Source: Centroscyllium fabricii
Taxonomy: Eukaryota
DNA length: 64,000 nt
Direction of reading: 5' to 3'
Assembly: GCA_051313645.2 (NCBI GenBank)
Contig: JBNRSN020000015.1
Span: forward strand, 60,946,001-61,010,000
Below, one piece after another: positions 25,253-37,848 of the stretch (position 1 is its first letter; each line of letters starts with the position of its first letter). The position numbers were made by a program, and so were the translations under genes. The notes below the pieces were generated by a model. That model did no database searches. It worked only from the letters and a program-made list of their open reading frames with translations, and had not been told where the DNA came from.

Positions 25253-25398
25253 ACTTTTGTAGTTCACACGCACCTCTATGAGGATCCAGACCTCTCTCCG
25301 GCAGTGGCCTTCGCCTCGCTCTCCCTCTTCCACATCCTGGTCACACCCCTCTTCCTGCTCTCCAGTGTGGTTCGCTCTACTGTCAAAGCTTTAGTGAG
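25253..25398 (+). CDS. ABCC8: ABCC8/SUR1 exon 12 equivalent, [48 protein letters not shown](S)
   Basis: AG acceptor after T-rich tract with ctaac branch motif, gtaaaa donor; 146 bp; [31 protein letters not shown] is the SUR1-type sequence (SUR2 reads STVVRFAVKAIIS). Confidence 0.97.
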
Positions 25399-26804
25399 GT
25401 AAAATACAGTTCAAAGACGAAGTTTGATTGTTTGCTTTACTTAACGCTTTCATAATGCTTGGGTACTAAAACTGAGACGACAATAAGAGCAGCGTGCATT
25501 TATGTAGTGCCTGAGACACAAAGAAGCAACTTGTGTCTGCGAGGGCACAACAATAGTCAATTAATTAGTGGATAGATAATTGGTTTTACAGTCGTTCCCT
25601 TAATATCTTCGTTAGGACCGGAGTGGAAAATTGGCTTGGGAACCTTAGGATGCCAGGGACCCAAAGGAACGGTCCTCGGCATAACCTCAACACTGGCTGA
25701 GGGCTTTCCTAGCAAAAGCGAGAGGCAAGGCTCAGGGCTGGGGAGACCCAAGTACTCCTTTGAGGGGCCGGGAGGGAGCATTCCTGCTCCTCCTGGCCCA
25801 CAAGGATTTCACTGAATAGTAATTTTTTGAAACTTACCTTGGCCTCTTCTGGCCAGTTGGCGCCTCCTGTGTGTGGTACGACTGTCGGGTCCCGCACAGT
25901 GCAGGACTCCACCTGACATAACATTAAAATCACCAATGACATCATCGAGCTACAACTTTTGCATTTAAAGTCAGCCCCTGCCTGCTCATAGCGGGAGCCT
26001 TAGCCGACTTGAAAGTCGGTGAAGATGAAATGGCCCGAGCGGGAACAGAGCAACCTCAGGCTGACAAGTGGACTTGGCCTAATCTTAATCCCTGCCATGC
26101 ACCATTCTCACTGGGTGAGGGGTGTTACAATCAAGGCCACTGATTTTTTTTAATGTAACTGGTTAAAAATAATTCACATTAACTTTTACAACACTTTGTC
26201 TATAATTTTTATGTAAAATAAACAACTGAGTGTTGATGACATCAATGGGGTAGCAGGGAGAAATATCTTAGCGGAGCCAAGCAGGCAACTGAATTGATAT
26301 ACAGATACTAAAGAGAAAATTGGTGTGGGCTCCTGCTTCTGACCACTATGCAGTACATCATGCTGAGTGGTACATGTATAGACATCAATTGGTATGTTTT
26401 TCTCCACATGCCAGTGTTAGCAAAAAAATCAGTGTGGATATAAAGTGAGTTTTGCCAACTTTAGCAAATTAAGGGTTAGAACTGGTTTAGGCTCAGTTGC
26501 ATTTTCTCCCCTCACTCACCCTAGTTTGTTGAATAACCAGTCAATACACACTGCATACAACAAAAATGCATATTTGGGCAAGGTAATGGAGTACAACCAC
26601 CACCTGTGGACCTGTACAGTGACATCTGTCATGGCGTCCAAGAGAAAAGGGGACAACATTTGTAAAAATGTTTGAAACATTTCTTGCATTGGATTGCGCT
26701 GTTTTCAGATATCAATGCATGGATAAGTGAGTATACTTCCACATGTTCTCCTGACTCTCCAGGTGTCTAGTGATTTGCTATAAGTCACTGTATTCTTCTT
26801 TCAG

Positions 26805-26910
26805 TGTGCAGAAACTAAGTGAATTCTTCTCCAGTGAAGAAATTGGAGAGGATCAAAGCAAAGTTGTGGTGCAGCTGAACATCGAAAATAGTAGCAAGTA
26901 CCAGACTGTA
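26805..26910 (+). CDS. ABCC8: ABCC8/SUR1 exon 13 equivalent, VQKLSEFFSSEEIGEDQSKVVVQLNIENSSKYQTV
   Basis: ttcttctttcag acceptor, gtgagt donor; 106 bp; VQKLSEF...SKYQ matches SUR1; phase compatible with neighbours. Confidence 0.95.
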
Positions 26911-27204
26911 GTGAGTACAGTACAAGTTTACATTTCAACAATGCTGCCGGCCAGCTCCTCAGTGCTATCCACCTGTTTTCATCATTCCTGCATCTTCACA
27001 ATCTCCCATACAGTACAGTAACCCAGTAACTGAAATTCCATCACATTCATTCCTTGTATTAATGGCATCCTTACTGCAATGCACGAGCTGTAAAGAATGT
27101 GTTTATTGGATTCAAGCTATATGTGTGTCTGTGTGTATTTATTTTAAAAGCACTTCTCATGCAATGAACACTTACCCTTACGTTTTCCACTCACTCCTGC
27201 ACAG

Positions 27205-27315
27205 CCCCTTAAAGTTATTAACCGCAAACGGCCCACCAAGGAGGAATGGCACAATTATGAACCTCAGTCCAGACAGCAAATAAGCGTCACAGAAGGAGAT
27301 GATGTTTTTATAAAG
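27205..27315 (+). CDS. ABCC8: ABCC8/SUR1 exon 14 equivalent, PLKVINRKRPTKEEWHNYEPQSRQQISVTEGDDVFIK (RKR ER-retention motif)
   Basis: ctcctgcacag acceptor, gtgaaa donor; 111 bp, phase 0-0; PLKVINRKRP resembles human PLRVVNRKRP. Confidence 0.92.
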
Positions 27316-28007
27316 GTGAAATAATTGTCCATTGAATCTACTTTTACAGTAGCTACTGTTCTTGTTTATCTTTCTAAAGATGAGAAATGCTAGTTTAATG
27401 GTGCAGGTTTATTTGTTTTTATGATGCACTTATATTTTAAAAGGAATTATTATTAATGTTGCCATTGTCTCAGGACTGTGAAGACCAAGAAAATATTAGC
27501 AGCCAGATATGTGATCTGAAATAGTGAAGCAGATTACAATCTGATTTGTACAAATGGATCTCTGCTTACTTTAAAGTTATAATGAGTTGCTTTCATCAAA
27601 AATAGATAACAACAGATGTGGACATCATTTTTTAATCAATGAAACTTAACAGGTTTATTCTTAATTTCTTTAAGTGCCAGGTTACTTTTTTTTAAATAGT
27701 CCAATGTAATTTAAGCCATGATGGGAACATAACAAATGCTGAATAACACCCATTGAAGACAAAAGTGTGCAGTGCTACTTGGAATCTCAACAGCTGCCCC
27801 AGCAATAATGCTAGTATGCTTTGGGCCCAGTGTTTCTCTACACATCTGCAAAAGTGGTTACCCCAACATACAATAATTTTCTCTTTAACCATTTTTTGTG
27901 TGTAGTTTAAGTCTGGGGAAACTTCATTTTTAAATTGCAGTCACCAGAGGGGAACTTGGCTCATAAAAATTTGAAATTGCATAGTTACGTGGTACTTAAT
28001 TATCTTG

Positions 28008-29106
28008 CGGCCAAGGTATTGACTTGGATGGAGAACTGGTTGGCAGACAGAAAGCAAAGAGTTGCAATAAACGGCTCTTTTTCCGAGTGGCAGGCAGTGA
28101 CTAGTGGGGTACCACAACGATCGGTCCTTGGACCCCAGCTATTCACAATATATATTAATGATCTGGACGAGGGAACGAGATGTAATATCACCAAGCTTGA
28201 GATGACACAAAGCTGGGTGGGCGTGTGTGCTGTGAGGAGGATGCCGAGAAACTCCAGTATGATTTGGACAGGTTGGGTGATTGGACAGAAGCATGGCAGA
28301 TGTAATATAACGTGGATAAATGTGAGGTTATCCACTTTGGTGTCAAAAACAAGGCGACAGATTATCTGAATGGCAATAGATTGGGAGAAGGTGAAGTGCA
28401 ACAAGACCTGGGCGTCCTTGTGCACCAGTCGCTGAAGGTAAGCAAGCAGGTGCAGCAGACAGTTATGTTGGCCTTCGTAGCAAGAGGGTTTGAGCACAGG
28501 AACAAGGATGTCTTGCTGCAGTTGTACAGGGCCTTGGTGAGACCATATCTTGAGTATTGCATACAGTTTTGATCACCTTATCTGAGGAAGGATGTTCTTG
28601 CCATGGAAGGAGTGCAGCGAAGATTCACCAGGCTGATACCTGGGATGGCAGGAATGATGTATGAGGAGAGATTGGGACGATTGGGCTTGTACTTGCTGGA
28701 GTTCAGAAGAATGAGAGGGGATCTCATTGAAACTTATAAAATTCTAACAGGACTGGACAGACTAGATGCAGGAAGGATGTTCCCAATGGTGGGGGAGTCC
28801 AGTACCAGGGGTCACAATTTAAGGATAAGGGGTAGCCATTTAGGACAGAGATGAGGAGGAATTTCTTCACCCAGGGAGTGGTGAACCTGTGGAATTCTCT
28901 ACCACAGAAGGCAGTAGAGGCCAATTCATTAAATATATTCAAGGAAGAGTTGAATATATTTGTTCAGGCTAAAGGGATCAAGGGATATGGGGAGAAAGCA
29001 GGGACAGGGTACTGAAATTGAATGATCAGCCATGATCGCATTGAATGGTGGAGCAGGCTCGAGGTGCCGAATGGCCTACTCCTGCTCCTATCTTTTATGT
29101 TTCTAT
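28008..29106 (+). mobile_element. CR1 LINE 3' fragment, decayed
   Basis: VTSGVPQRSVLGPQLFTIYINDL and later ORF2 motifs; tail (tttctatg)n continues after the MITE at 30207. Confidence 0.92.
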
Positions 29107-30206
29107 GGGTGGGAAATTCGTGCGTGCATGTATTCGGCGCTAAAATTGGCGCTGTGCTAAAAATTAGCGCCGGCGCTAAATTAGCGCCGAGGCGGCCGAT
29201 TATGGCGTTAGCGCCGTCGTTGCAGATTTCGGTGCTAATTCACGTCTTGCACAGCTTCCAGGCGTCCACTATCTTGCCGCTAATTGCCGTTCCCGAGCGC
29301 AGCATTCCCTCACTAACTGCTTGCTTCCCCATGACCTCTGCAGCCGATTAGATCTTAAATGAGAAGCAGAGCAGCATCCTTTCCTCCCTGCACTCTGATC
29401 AGTTGCCAACCGCGGGCCCCCCTCCCCCCCTCCCCCCCTCCTCGCACTCTGATCAGCTGCCGATCTCCCTCCCCCCTCCTCGCAACCTAATCAGTTGCCG
29501 ATCGGGGGCCGCCCGACCCCCCCCCCGCCCGCGCTCTGATCAGCTGCCGCTCTCCCTCCCCCCTCCTCGCACTCTGATCAGCTGCCGATCGGCGGCCGCC
29601 CGACCCCCCTCCCCGCTCTCTGATCAGTTGCTGGATCGGGGGTCGCCCGACCCGCCTCTCCGCTCTCTGATCAGTTGCTGGATCAGGGGTCGGGCAACCC
29701 CTGATCGGCAACTGATCAGAGAGCGAGGAGGGGGGAGAGAGATCAGCAACTGATCAGAGTGCGAGGAGGGGGGAGGGAGGCCCGCGGTCGGCAACTGATT
29801 AAAGAGCGGGGAGGGGGGTCGGGCGGCCCTACCTCCCCGCTCTCTCATCAATTGGCTGCTCGGGCCGACTCCCCCATCAGCTGGCCGCTCGGACCGAAGA
29901 GGGAGTGTGGCCCTTTTAGCAGCGCTGCAGCGGCCACTCAAACCTGCTGCAGCGCTTGCCGAAGCTGGTGCTGGCAGCGCGGGGTGGGGTGAACTGGCGC
30001 AACAGCAAATTTTGGGCGCAGCCCGGCGGGCGTTGCACACGCATTTCCACGAGGATTGCTGATCGCTAATTAGCGCGCGCTAACGTTTAGTGCTGGCGCT
30101 AATCACTATGCCAATTTAGCACCCGCCGCTAATTTTGGTGCTAGGTCGGCGCTGGCCTATTAGCGCCGATTTTTGGCGCTAATGGGCTGGCGCCAATTTC
30201 GCGGCC
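29107..30206. mobile_element. GC-rich Harbinger-type MITE inserted in CR1 tail, TAT TSD
   Basis: tat on both flanks; GAAATT/AATTTC terminal motif; many GCGCTAA/TTAGCGC subterminal repeats; homologous to 40824-41800. Confidence 0.85.
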
Positions 30207-30331
30207 TATGTTTCTATGTTGCAGAAAAGAGGAGGGAAACTCTTTCGAGTGCTGCTGAATGGACCCTTATGCTGCTGGATAAGTACATCACATGAGCAAC
30301 TCAAACTGTGTTTGGCAATAATTTATCTATT

Positions 30332-30730
30332 AACATAGAAACATAGAAGATAGGAGCAGGAGTAGGCCATTCGGCCCTTCGAGCCTGCTCCACCATTCAA
30401 TGAGATCATGGCTGATCATCCAAACCCAGTATCATGTCCCTGCCTTGTCCCCATATCCCTCGATCCCTATCGAGCCTGCACCGACACATATCCCACCCTA
30501 TCCCCGTAACCCCACATATTCAATCCCCCTAACACTAAGGGTCAATTTATCCTGGCCAATCAACCTAACCCGCACATCTTTGGACTGTGGGAGGAAACCG
30601 GAGCACCCGGAGGAAACCCACGCAGACACGGGGAGAATGTGCAAACTCCACGCAGATAGTACCCGAGGCTGGATTTGAACCCGGGTCTCTATTGCTGTAA
30701 GGCAACAGTGCTAACCACTATGCCACCGTG
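30332..30730 (-). mobile_element. HE1-like V-SINE with type B tail
   Basis: Highly similar to 11204-11614. Confidence 0.95.
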
Positions 30731-31177
30731 GGAAGGACTCTATGAGACTAGAAGAGATCACTGCAGTACCTCTTGCTAGTCCCAGAGTTCAAAACGTGCC
30801 ATACACTGCACTGTCTCCCATTACGCTGAAACACTTTTGCTGATCAATCCAGTTTCATCTTGAACTTGCTGGCATTATCCACAATTGAAACAGTTTTGTT
30901 GATAGTGCATGATGCATACAAGGCAAAACATTTTACACACAGATTTCTCCATATGTTTAGTCACCTGAAACTGCAGATCTGATTATGGCAGGAAGAATTA
31001 CCTTTTTATTTGGCTTGAGTGACAACACCATGGGAGATAGACTGGGCACAATATTTCTTGGTTAGTTAAGTTGTAAGGAACAAATCCAAATGGAGTTCAA
31101 TAGAGGCCTCAGTCATGTACCACACATTTAACAAATCATTGTGCTCTGACAATAAGAAAATAAAAGCAAGGCACATT

Positions 31178-33100
31178 GGACTAAAAATCCGTGGCCGCCG
31201 CGAGAGTTGCCGGTGTCAGCGCGGCCTGGGGTTAACGGCTGATGAAAATAGATGAAGCGCTACAAGAGAAAAATTCGCACTGGTGGCTAAAGATTTTTAG
31301 CTCCGCGCTAACCTACTGTATAATGCCTTCCTGGTGACGTTAGTGGAGGCCTGGGAGTCGAAGTTGCCTTCCAGGAGATAGACAGTTTCCTGGAAGTAAA
31401 GGCAATTAGGGGTTATGGTGAGCGGGCAGGTAAGTGGACATGAGGCTAGGTTCAGATCGGCCATGTGATCTCCTGGACCAGTTTTCGATCGCCTAGATGG
31501 GTCGGAGAGGAATTTCCCAGATTTTTTCTCCCAAATTGACCACTGGGTTTTTTATCTGGTTTTTCGCTTCGCCCGGGTGATCACATGGGTTTGGGCGGGA
31601 TGGAGAGTAAAAGTAAAATTGTGGTTAGGATCAGATCAGCCATGATCTTGTTGAATGGCGGAGCAGGCTCGAGGGGCCGATTGGCCCACTCCTGCTCCTA
31701 TTTCTTATGTTCTTATGTTCTTAGGAGTGGCGTTCCAGCTTCCAATGACCTCTGGATATGAGGCAATAGAGTTCGCTAGACATTGTGGGAAATTTAAAGG
31801 GCAATGCATTAAAAGGACCATGCCTTCTGAACTAATAAAAATAAAAATGAAGTGAAAAAAGAGTTTTCAACCCTTACTGCCTTAAAAAATAATTACATTA
31901 AAAGAAGTCCCAAATGGGAGCCTTCAGCTCTTACAGCTGAATTGTCTTCTGAACCTCAATAAATTGGAAAGGTGCTTAAATACTAACAGGCCAGGGAAGG
32001 GGCACCCAGGGTCACACATGCAGCACTCCAGCTTTGTGCAGGAGCTCAACACTTCGAGAGGTCCTCGACCCACAGGGGCCAGGAGGCCCTCTAGAAAGAA
32101 CAATGTGGGACCACATCACCGAGGCCATCACTGTGTCACCCCCACCACCTGGATCCAGTGCCCAAAGAAGCTTCTTGACCTCAGACCACTGGTCAAGGTC
32201 AGTGAATACATCTTCAAAAGCCGTCTCCTACCAACTGTATCACTCGTAGCCTCACACACTGCTCAATGCATGACGCTTCCCCCTCCCCCACCACAATCAC
32301 TCACCTATCAACAATCTGTGCCAATCACGAGGCACATCTCCCATTCCTAGCCTCACCTCACTCCCATGGAGGAGACGGTGCTAGTCATTTTTGCAGGGGC
32401 ATGGCTGAGTCCTTGACCAGTGGTGGGGCAGCAAGGATATAAGATGCTGGTATCCTCATACGTTATCCTCCCTCTGGCATGCACCTCTTGCTTTCCCACC
32501 CTTCCCTCACCACAACCCTACCCTGTGCCTTCCCCATTGTACACACCCAAGAAATGCAGCCTGCCAAGCCAAAGGTTGACCAAGAAGAGGGAAAGGAGTT
32601 TGAAGAAGAAGAAACTCTTTCACTCGATTTGACACACCCAGCTCCTCATGGGCAACCAGCAAGGCCATTTGCAGTGTTCCCACTGAAAGTCAGCAGACTT
32701 CCACCAGCCATGTTGCAGCCACTGGGGTAGCGCTGAGTGACATCAGTAGGATCGGCAAAGGCACACACAAGACCGTCAATAAGCAAATGCATAAGGAAGA
32801 TGAGTTGATTTCTTGATGTCACATTGGATGGATAGATGTATAAAGTTGGATTGCAATGTTTGCTTTGTGGTGGCTTTTATTTCAGCATCATGGCCAAGAG
32901 GACGCTGTGATGGCCAGTGACAGAGAGAAAGAAAGGTGTGGGGCTAATGTTGAAAGGAGAATTGGGGTTATGGTCACTGGTACCACAGGCGGATGATTCC
33001 ATCACAGATATCCAGGCCAGAAAGGGGCTATCTGGGTTGCATCCTCTGCTTCTGTTTCCTCACGTTCAGCTTCCTCCTCTACCCTCTGCGAGCAGATGTT
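31178..33100 (+). mobile_element. Decayed Harbinger-type element with Myb/SANT-like remnant; CR1 3' end inserted at ~31337-31722
   Basis: Remnant at ~32030-32200 (...TTWIQCPKKLLDL) parallels the Myb-like segments at ~1800 and ~59800; inserted CR1 ends in (ttcttatg)n. Confidence 0.55.
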
Positions 33101-33415
33101 ATTAATCTGAAATTAAACATAAAATGCCGGAAATGCTCAGCAGGTCAGGCAACATCTTGACCTCAGACGTGATGCGAGGTTATCCACTTTGGTGGCAAAA
33201 ACAGGAAGGCAGATTATTATTTGAATGGCTATCGATTGGGAGAAGGGGAAGTGTAATGAGCCTGGGTGTCCTTGTGCACCAGTCGCTGAAGGTAAGCATG
33301 CAGGTGCAGCAGGCGGTTAAGAAGGCAAATGGTATGTTGGCCTTTGTAGCGAGAGGGTTCGAGTACAGGAACAAGGATGTCTTGCTGCACTTGTACAGGG
33401 CCTTGGTGAGACCAC

Positions 33416-33682
33416 TGTGGTAAACCACTGCATATATGTATGTAACCATCTGCATTGTGTGTGACCTCTGCTGTACTGTACATAGCCTTTCATGTGTAGC
33501 TTGCCCGTGCTGACCCCGCCTGCGGCTCCTCCTCCTCGGACCCAGGTATAAAGGTGACTGTCTCCCTCCCCCATTCATTCTGGGCTCAGTCGACTAGCAT
33601 GGGCATGCTCATGTCTTAGTTAATAAAAGCCTATAGTTCACTCCTCAACTTCTAGTCTTTTGAAGTTATTGATTAGGCATCA
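33416..33682 (+). repeat. 5' LTR (267 bp) with TATAAA at ~33547 and AATAAA at 33622
   Basis: Differs from the 281-bp 3' LTR by 4 substitutions and indels of 1, 10 and 3 nt. Confidence 0.95.
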
Positions 33683-36600
33683 ATTTTATTAACTAAGTTT
33701 TCATCATGGAGCAAATGCTGAAACCCGCGACGTTAGAACTAGATCCCCAAGCGGCAGGTGCCTCTAACGCTTTTACGCACTGGTTCTCTTGCTTTGAGGC
33801 GTACCTCGAAGCCTCCGCCGCGATCGTCCAGACGGATAGGGACAAACTGCGCCTCCTCAACACCCGGGTGAGCCCTCAGGTGTACTCAATCATCGCGGAC
33901 GCTACGTCCTAGAACGAGGCGGTCAGAACTCTGAAGAGCGAGTATACCCGGGCACCTAACGTGGTCTACGCCAGACACCTCCTGGCCACCCGAAAGCAGC
34001 AACCCGGGGAATCGAGCGAGGAGTTCCTGCGAGCGCTGAGAGTCCTCTGCCGGGCCTGCGATTGTAAAGTGCAGTCGGCCGCCGTGCACGCCGAGACCCT
34101 CATCAGAGACGCCTATGTCGCCGGCCTCAGGTCAGACTATATCAGGCATAGACTGTTAGAAAAGGATGGCCTGGACCTGCAGGCGACGGTACAGCTTGCG
34201 AGCTCGCTGCACCTGGCTTCCCATAATATGGCCGCCTACAACCCTGACCACGCGGGCACATCGCAGATGCCGCCATCTTGGACGCAGCCGGCCGCACCGC
34301 GACCCACGGACGAGCTGACCGCGGCGACAACCTCGAAGACCCGAAATGCTATTTCTGCGGCCAGGCCCAGCACCCCAGACGGAATTGCCCGGCAAGGGAC
34401 GCGACCTGCTCCAAGTGCGGGAAGAAGGGCCACTACGCCAAGGTATGCAGAGCGGCAGCGCAATCGACCCCCAAACCCGGCAGCGCCGCATGTGGCCCGT
34501 GGGGGCCGCCATCTTGGACACAGCCGGCCGCACCATCTTGGACACAGCCATCTTCAACACAGCCCGCCGCGTGGGGGCAGCGGGGGCCGCCATCTTGGGA
34601 CCAGGCCCCAGAACCCTCCACCGACCCGACGGTCCTGACTCTGGCCTCAATCACCCTCGACCAAGACAAGAGACAACCACTCAACAAATCGATGATGTCG
34701 GTGCAGGTGAATGGCCGCACTACGGGCTGCCTTTTCGACAGCGGGAGTACGCCGAGCTTTGTACATCCAGACACGGTAAAGCGCTTCTCCCTAACAGTAA
34801 CACCGGCAAGCCAAAACAGTTCAATGGCTTCGAGGTCCGAATCAGCGGACGCCTGCGGTCGCTGCGTAGTGACCCTGACAGTGCGGGGTGTAAACTTTGA
34901 ACATTTTAAGCTATTCGTGCTGCTGCAGCTCTGCGCTCCCCTGCTGCTGGGCCTCGATTTCCAATGTCATCTCCAGAGCATGACAATGGCGTACGGTGGG
35001 CCCATTCCCCCGCTCACGGTCAGCAACCAGCGCTCCACACAGTGCCCACAGTGCACTACCTGTGGCCTCTTGACCCTTAAGGTCACCCCTCCCTCACTCT
35101 TCGCCAACCTCACCCCGGACTGCAAGCCCATCGCCACCAAGAGTAGGCGCTACAGTACCGGGGACAGGGACTTTATCAAGTCGGAGGTGAAACGGCTTCT
35201 GAGGGACGGGGTCATTGAGGCTAGTAATAGCCCCTGGAGAGCCCAGGTAGTGGTTGTAAAGACCGGAGCCAAGCACCGAATGGTCATCGACTACAGTCAG
35301 ACCATTAATCGGTTTACGCAGTTAGACGCGTATCCCCTCCCCCGCATAGTGAACCAGATCGCGCAGTATCGGGTCTTTTCGACCATCGATTTAAAATCTG
35401 CGTATCACCAGCTCCCCATCCGCCCAGAGGACCGCCACTATACTGCCTTCGAGGCAGACGGCCGCCTCTATCACTTCCTTCGGGTTCCATTTGGTGTCAC
35501 CAACGGGGTCTCGGTCTTCCAACGGGAGATGGAGCGAATGGTGGATCAGTACGGACTGCGGGCCACTTTCCCGTATCTGGATAATGTCACCATCTGCGGC
35601 CACGACCAGCAGCACCACGACACCAACCTCCAGAAATTTCTCCACACCGCCAAAACCCTGAACCTGACCTATAACACAGACAAATGTGTATTCAGGACAA
35701 CCCGCCTCGCCATCCTCGGCTGTGTTGTGGAGAATGGGGTCATCGGTCCCGACTCGGACCGCATGCGCCCCCTCCTGGAGCTTCCCTTCCCCCACTGCCT
35801 CAAGGCCCTGAAAAGGTGCCTGGGCTTCTTTTCTTATTATGCCCAGTGGGTCCCCAACTACGCGGACAAGGCCCGCCCACTCATTAAATCGACCTCTTTT
35901 CCCCAGTCGGCAGAGGCTCGCATGGCCTTCAGCGGCATCAAACAGGACATCGTAAAGGCCGCGATGCACGCGGTGGACGAATCAATCCCGTTCCAGGTGG
36001 AGAGCGATGCGTCCGACTTCGCCCTGGCCGCCACCCTTAACCAGGCGGGCAGACCCGTGGCCTTCTTCTCGCGCACCCTCCAGGGCCCCGAAACCCGACA
36101 TTCTTCCGTTGAGAAGGAGGCCCAGGCCATTGTGGAAGCAGTGCGACACTGGAGGCACTATCTGGCCGGTAAACGATTTACCCTGCTGACTGACCAATGC
36201 TCAGTCACGTTTATGTTCAACAACAAACAGCGGGGCAAAATCAAAAACGACAAGATATTGAGGTGGAGAATCGAACTCTCTCCGCCTTCAATTATGATAT
36301 CTTCTACCGGCCCGGGAAACTCAATGAGCCCTCAGATGCCCTGTCCCGCGGTACATGTGCCAGCGCACAAGTAGACCGTCTCCAGACCCTGCACAACGAC
36401 CTCTGTCACCCGGGGGTCACCAGGTTCGTTCATTTCATTAAGTCCCGCAACCTCCCTTACTCCATCGAGGAGGTCAGGACCATGACCAAGAACTGCCGGG
36501 TCTGTGCAGAGTGCAAGCCGCACTTCTTTCGGCCGGACCGGGCACAACTGATAAAGGCCACCCGCCCTTTTGAGCGACTCAGCGTCGACTTCAAAGGGCC

Positions 36601-37567
36601 CCTCCCCTCCTCTAACCGCAACATGTACTTCCTCAATGTTATTGACGAGTACTCACGTTTCCCCTTCGCTATCCCCTGCCCGGACATGACCTCCTCCACG
36701 GTCATTAGGGCACTGCACAGCATCTTCTCTCTGTTCGGGTACCCCAGCTACATCCATAGCGACCAGGGCGCCTCTTTTATGAGCGATGAGCTGCGTCAGT
36801 TTCTGCTCGCCAAGGGCATTGCCACGAGCAGGACTACCAGCTATAACCCCCGGGGGAACGGACAGGTGGAGAGGGAGAACGCCACCGTCTGGAAGGCCAC
36901 CCTATTAGCCCTGCGGTCTAAGGGCCTCCCAGTCTCCCGCTGGCAGGACGTCCTCCCCGAAGCGCTCCACTCCATTAGGTCACTTCTTTGTACGGTCACT
37001 AACGCCACCCCTCACGAACGACTCTTTGCCTTCCCCAGGAAGTCGGCTTCAGGGACCTCGCTGCCATCATGGCTATCATCCCCAGGACCTGTCCTGCTCC
37101 GGAAGCACGTGAGGGGCCATAAGTCGGATCCCCTGGTCGAATGGGTCCGTCTCCTCCACGCCAACCCCCAGTACGCCTACGTGGCGTACCCTGACGGGCA
37201 GGAGGACACGGTGTCCATCAAGGACCTGGCACCCTCGGGTGCCCCCGAGACCACCACGACCCGCCAGCCCGCACCCCTCCCACCCCCACCGCCACCCTCG
37301 AGGCACCAGCACCACGGTACGTCCACCCGGCACCTGCAGGAAGCACGGTATGGCCCCCAAATCTGTCGCTACGCACCCGCCGGCCGGACGACGAATGGGA
37401 GAGCGTGCCAGTGACCGTACGGGACTTCGCGTCGGAACAAGCACCGCCGCCGACTCCACCGCCAACTGTACGTCGATCTACAAGGCAGACCAGACCGCCC
37501 GAGAGACTGAACCTCTGATGGTTGCCCTAAATTACCCTGCCGTACTTTGTTTTAAGCAAGGGGTGAA

Positions 37568-37848
37568 TGTGGTAAACCACTGTATATATGTATGTAACCA
37601 TCTGCATTGTATGTGACCTCTGCTGTACTGTACATAGCCCTTTCATGTGTAGCTTGTCCGGGCATGCCCGTGCTGACCCCGCCTGCGGCTCCTCCTCCTC
37701 CTCGGACCCAGGTATAAAGGTGACTGTCTCCCTCCCCCATTCATTCTGGGATCAGTCGACGAGCATGGGCATGCTCATGTCTTAGTTAATAAAAGCCTAT
37801 AGTTCACTCCTCAACTTCTAGTCTTTTGAAGTTATTGATTAGGCATCA
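37568..37848 (+). repeat. 3' LTR (281 bp)
   Basis: Follows the polypurine tract; direct repeat of 33416-33682. Confidence 0.95.

Larger units (their letters stand above)
33416..37848 (+). mobile_element. Complete Ty3/Gypsy LTR retrotransposon (gag-PR-RT-RH-IN), inactivated by one stop and two frameshifts
   Basis: TG...CA LTRs 33416-33682 and 37568-37848; 5-bp TSD accac; PPT aagcaaggggtgaa; ATG 33706; two Zn knuckles; LFDSGS protease; PFGVTN/YLDN RT; ESDAS RNase H; HHCC and DDE integrase. Confidence 0.97.

Noticed and set aside
33910-33912. Programmed stop-codon readthrough in gag
   Set aside because: The stop is only 68 codons into gag, not at the gag-pol boundary; more likely a point mutation
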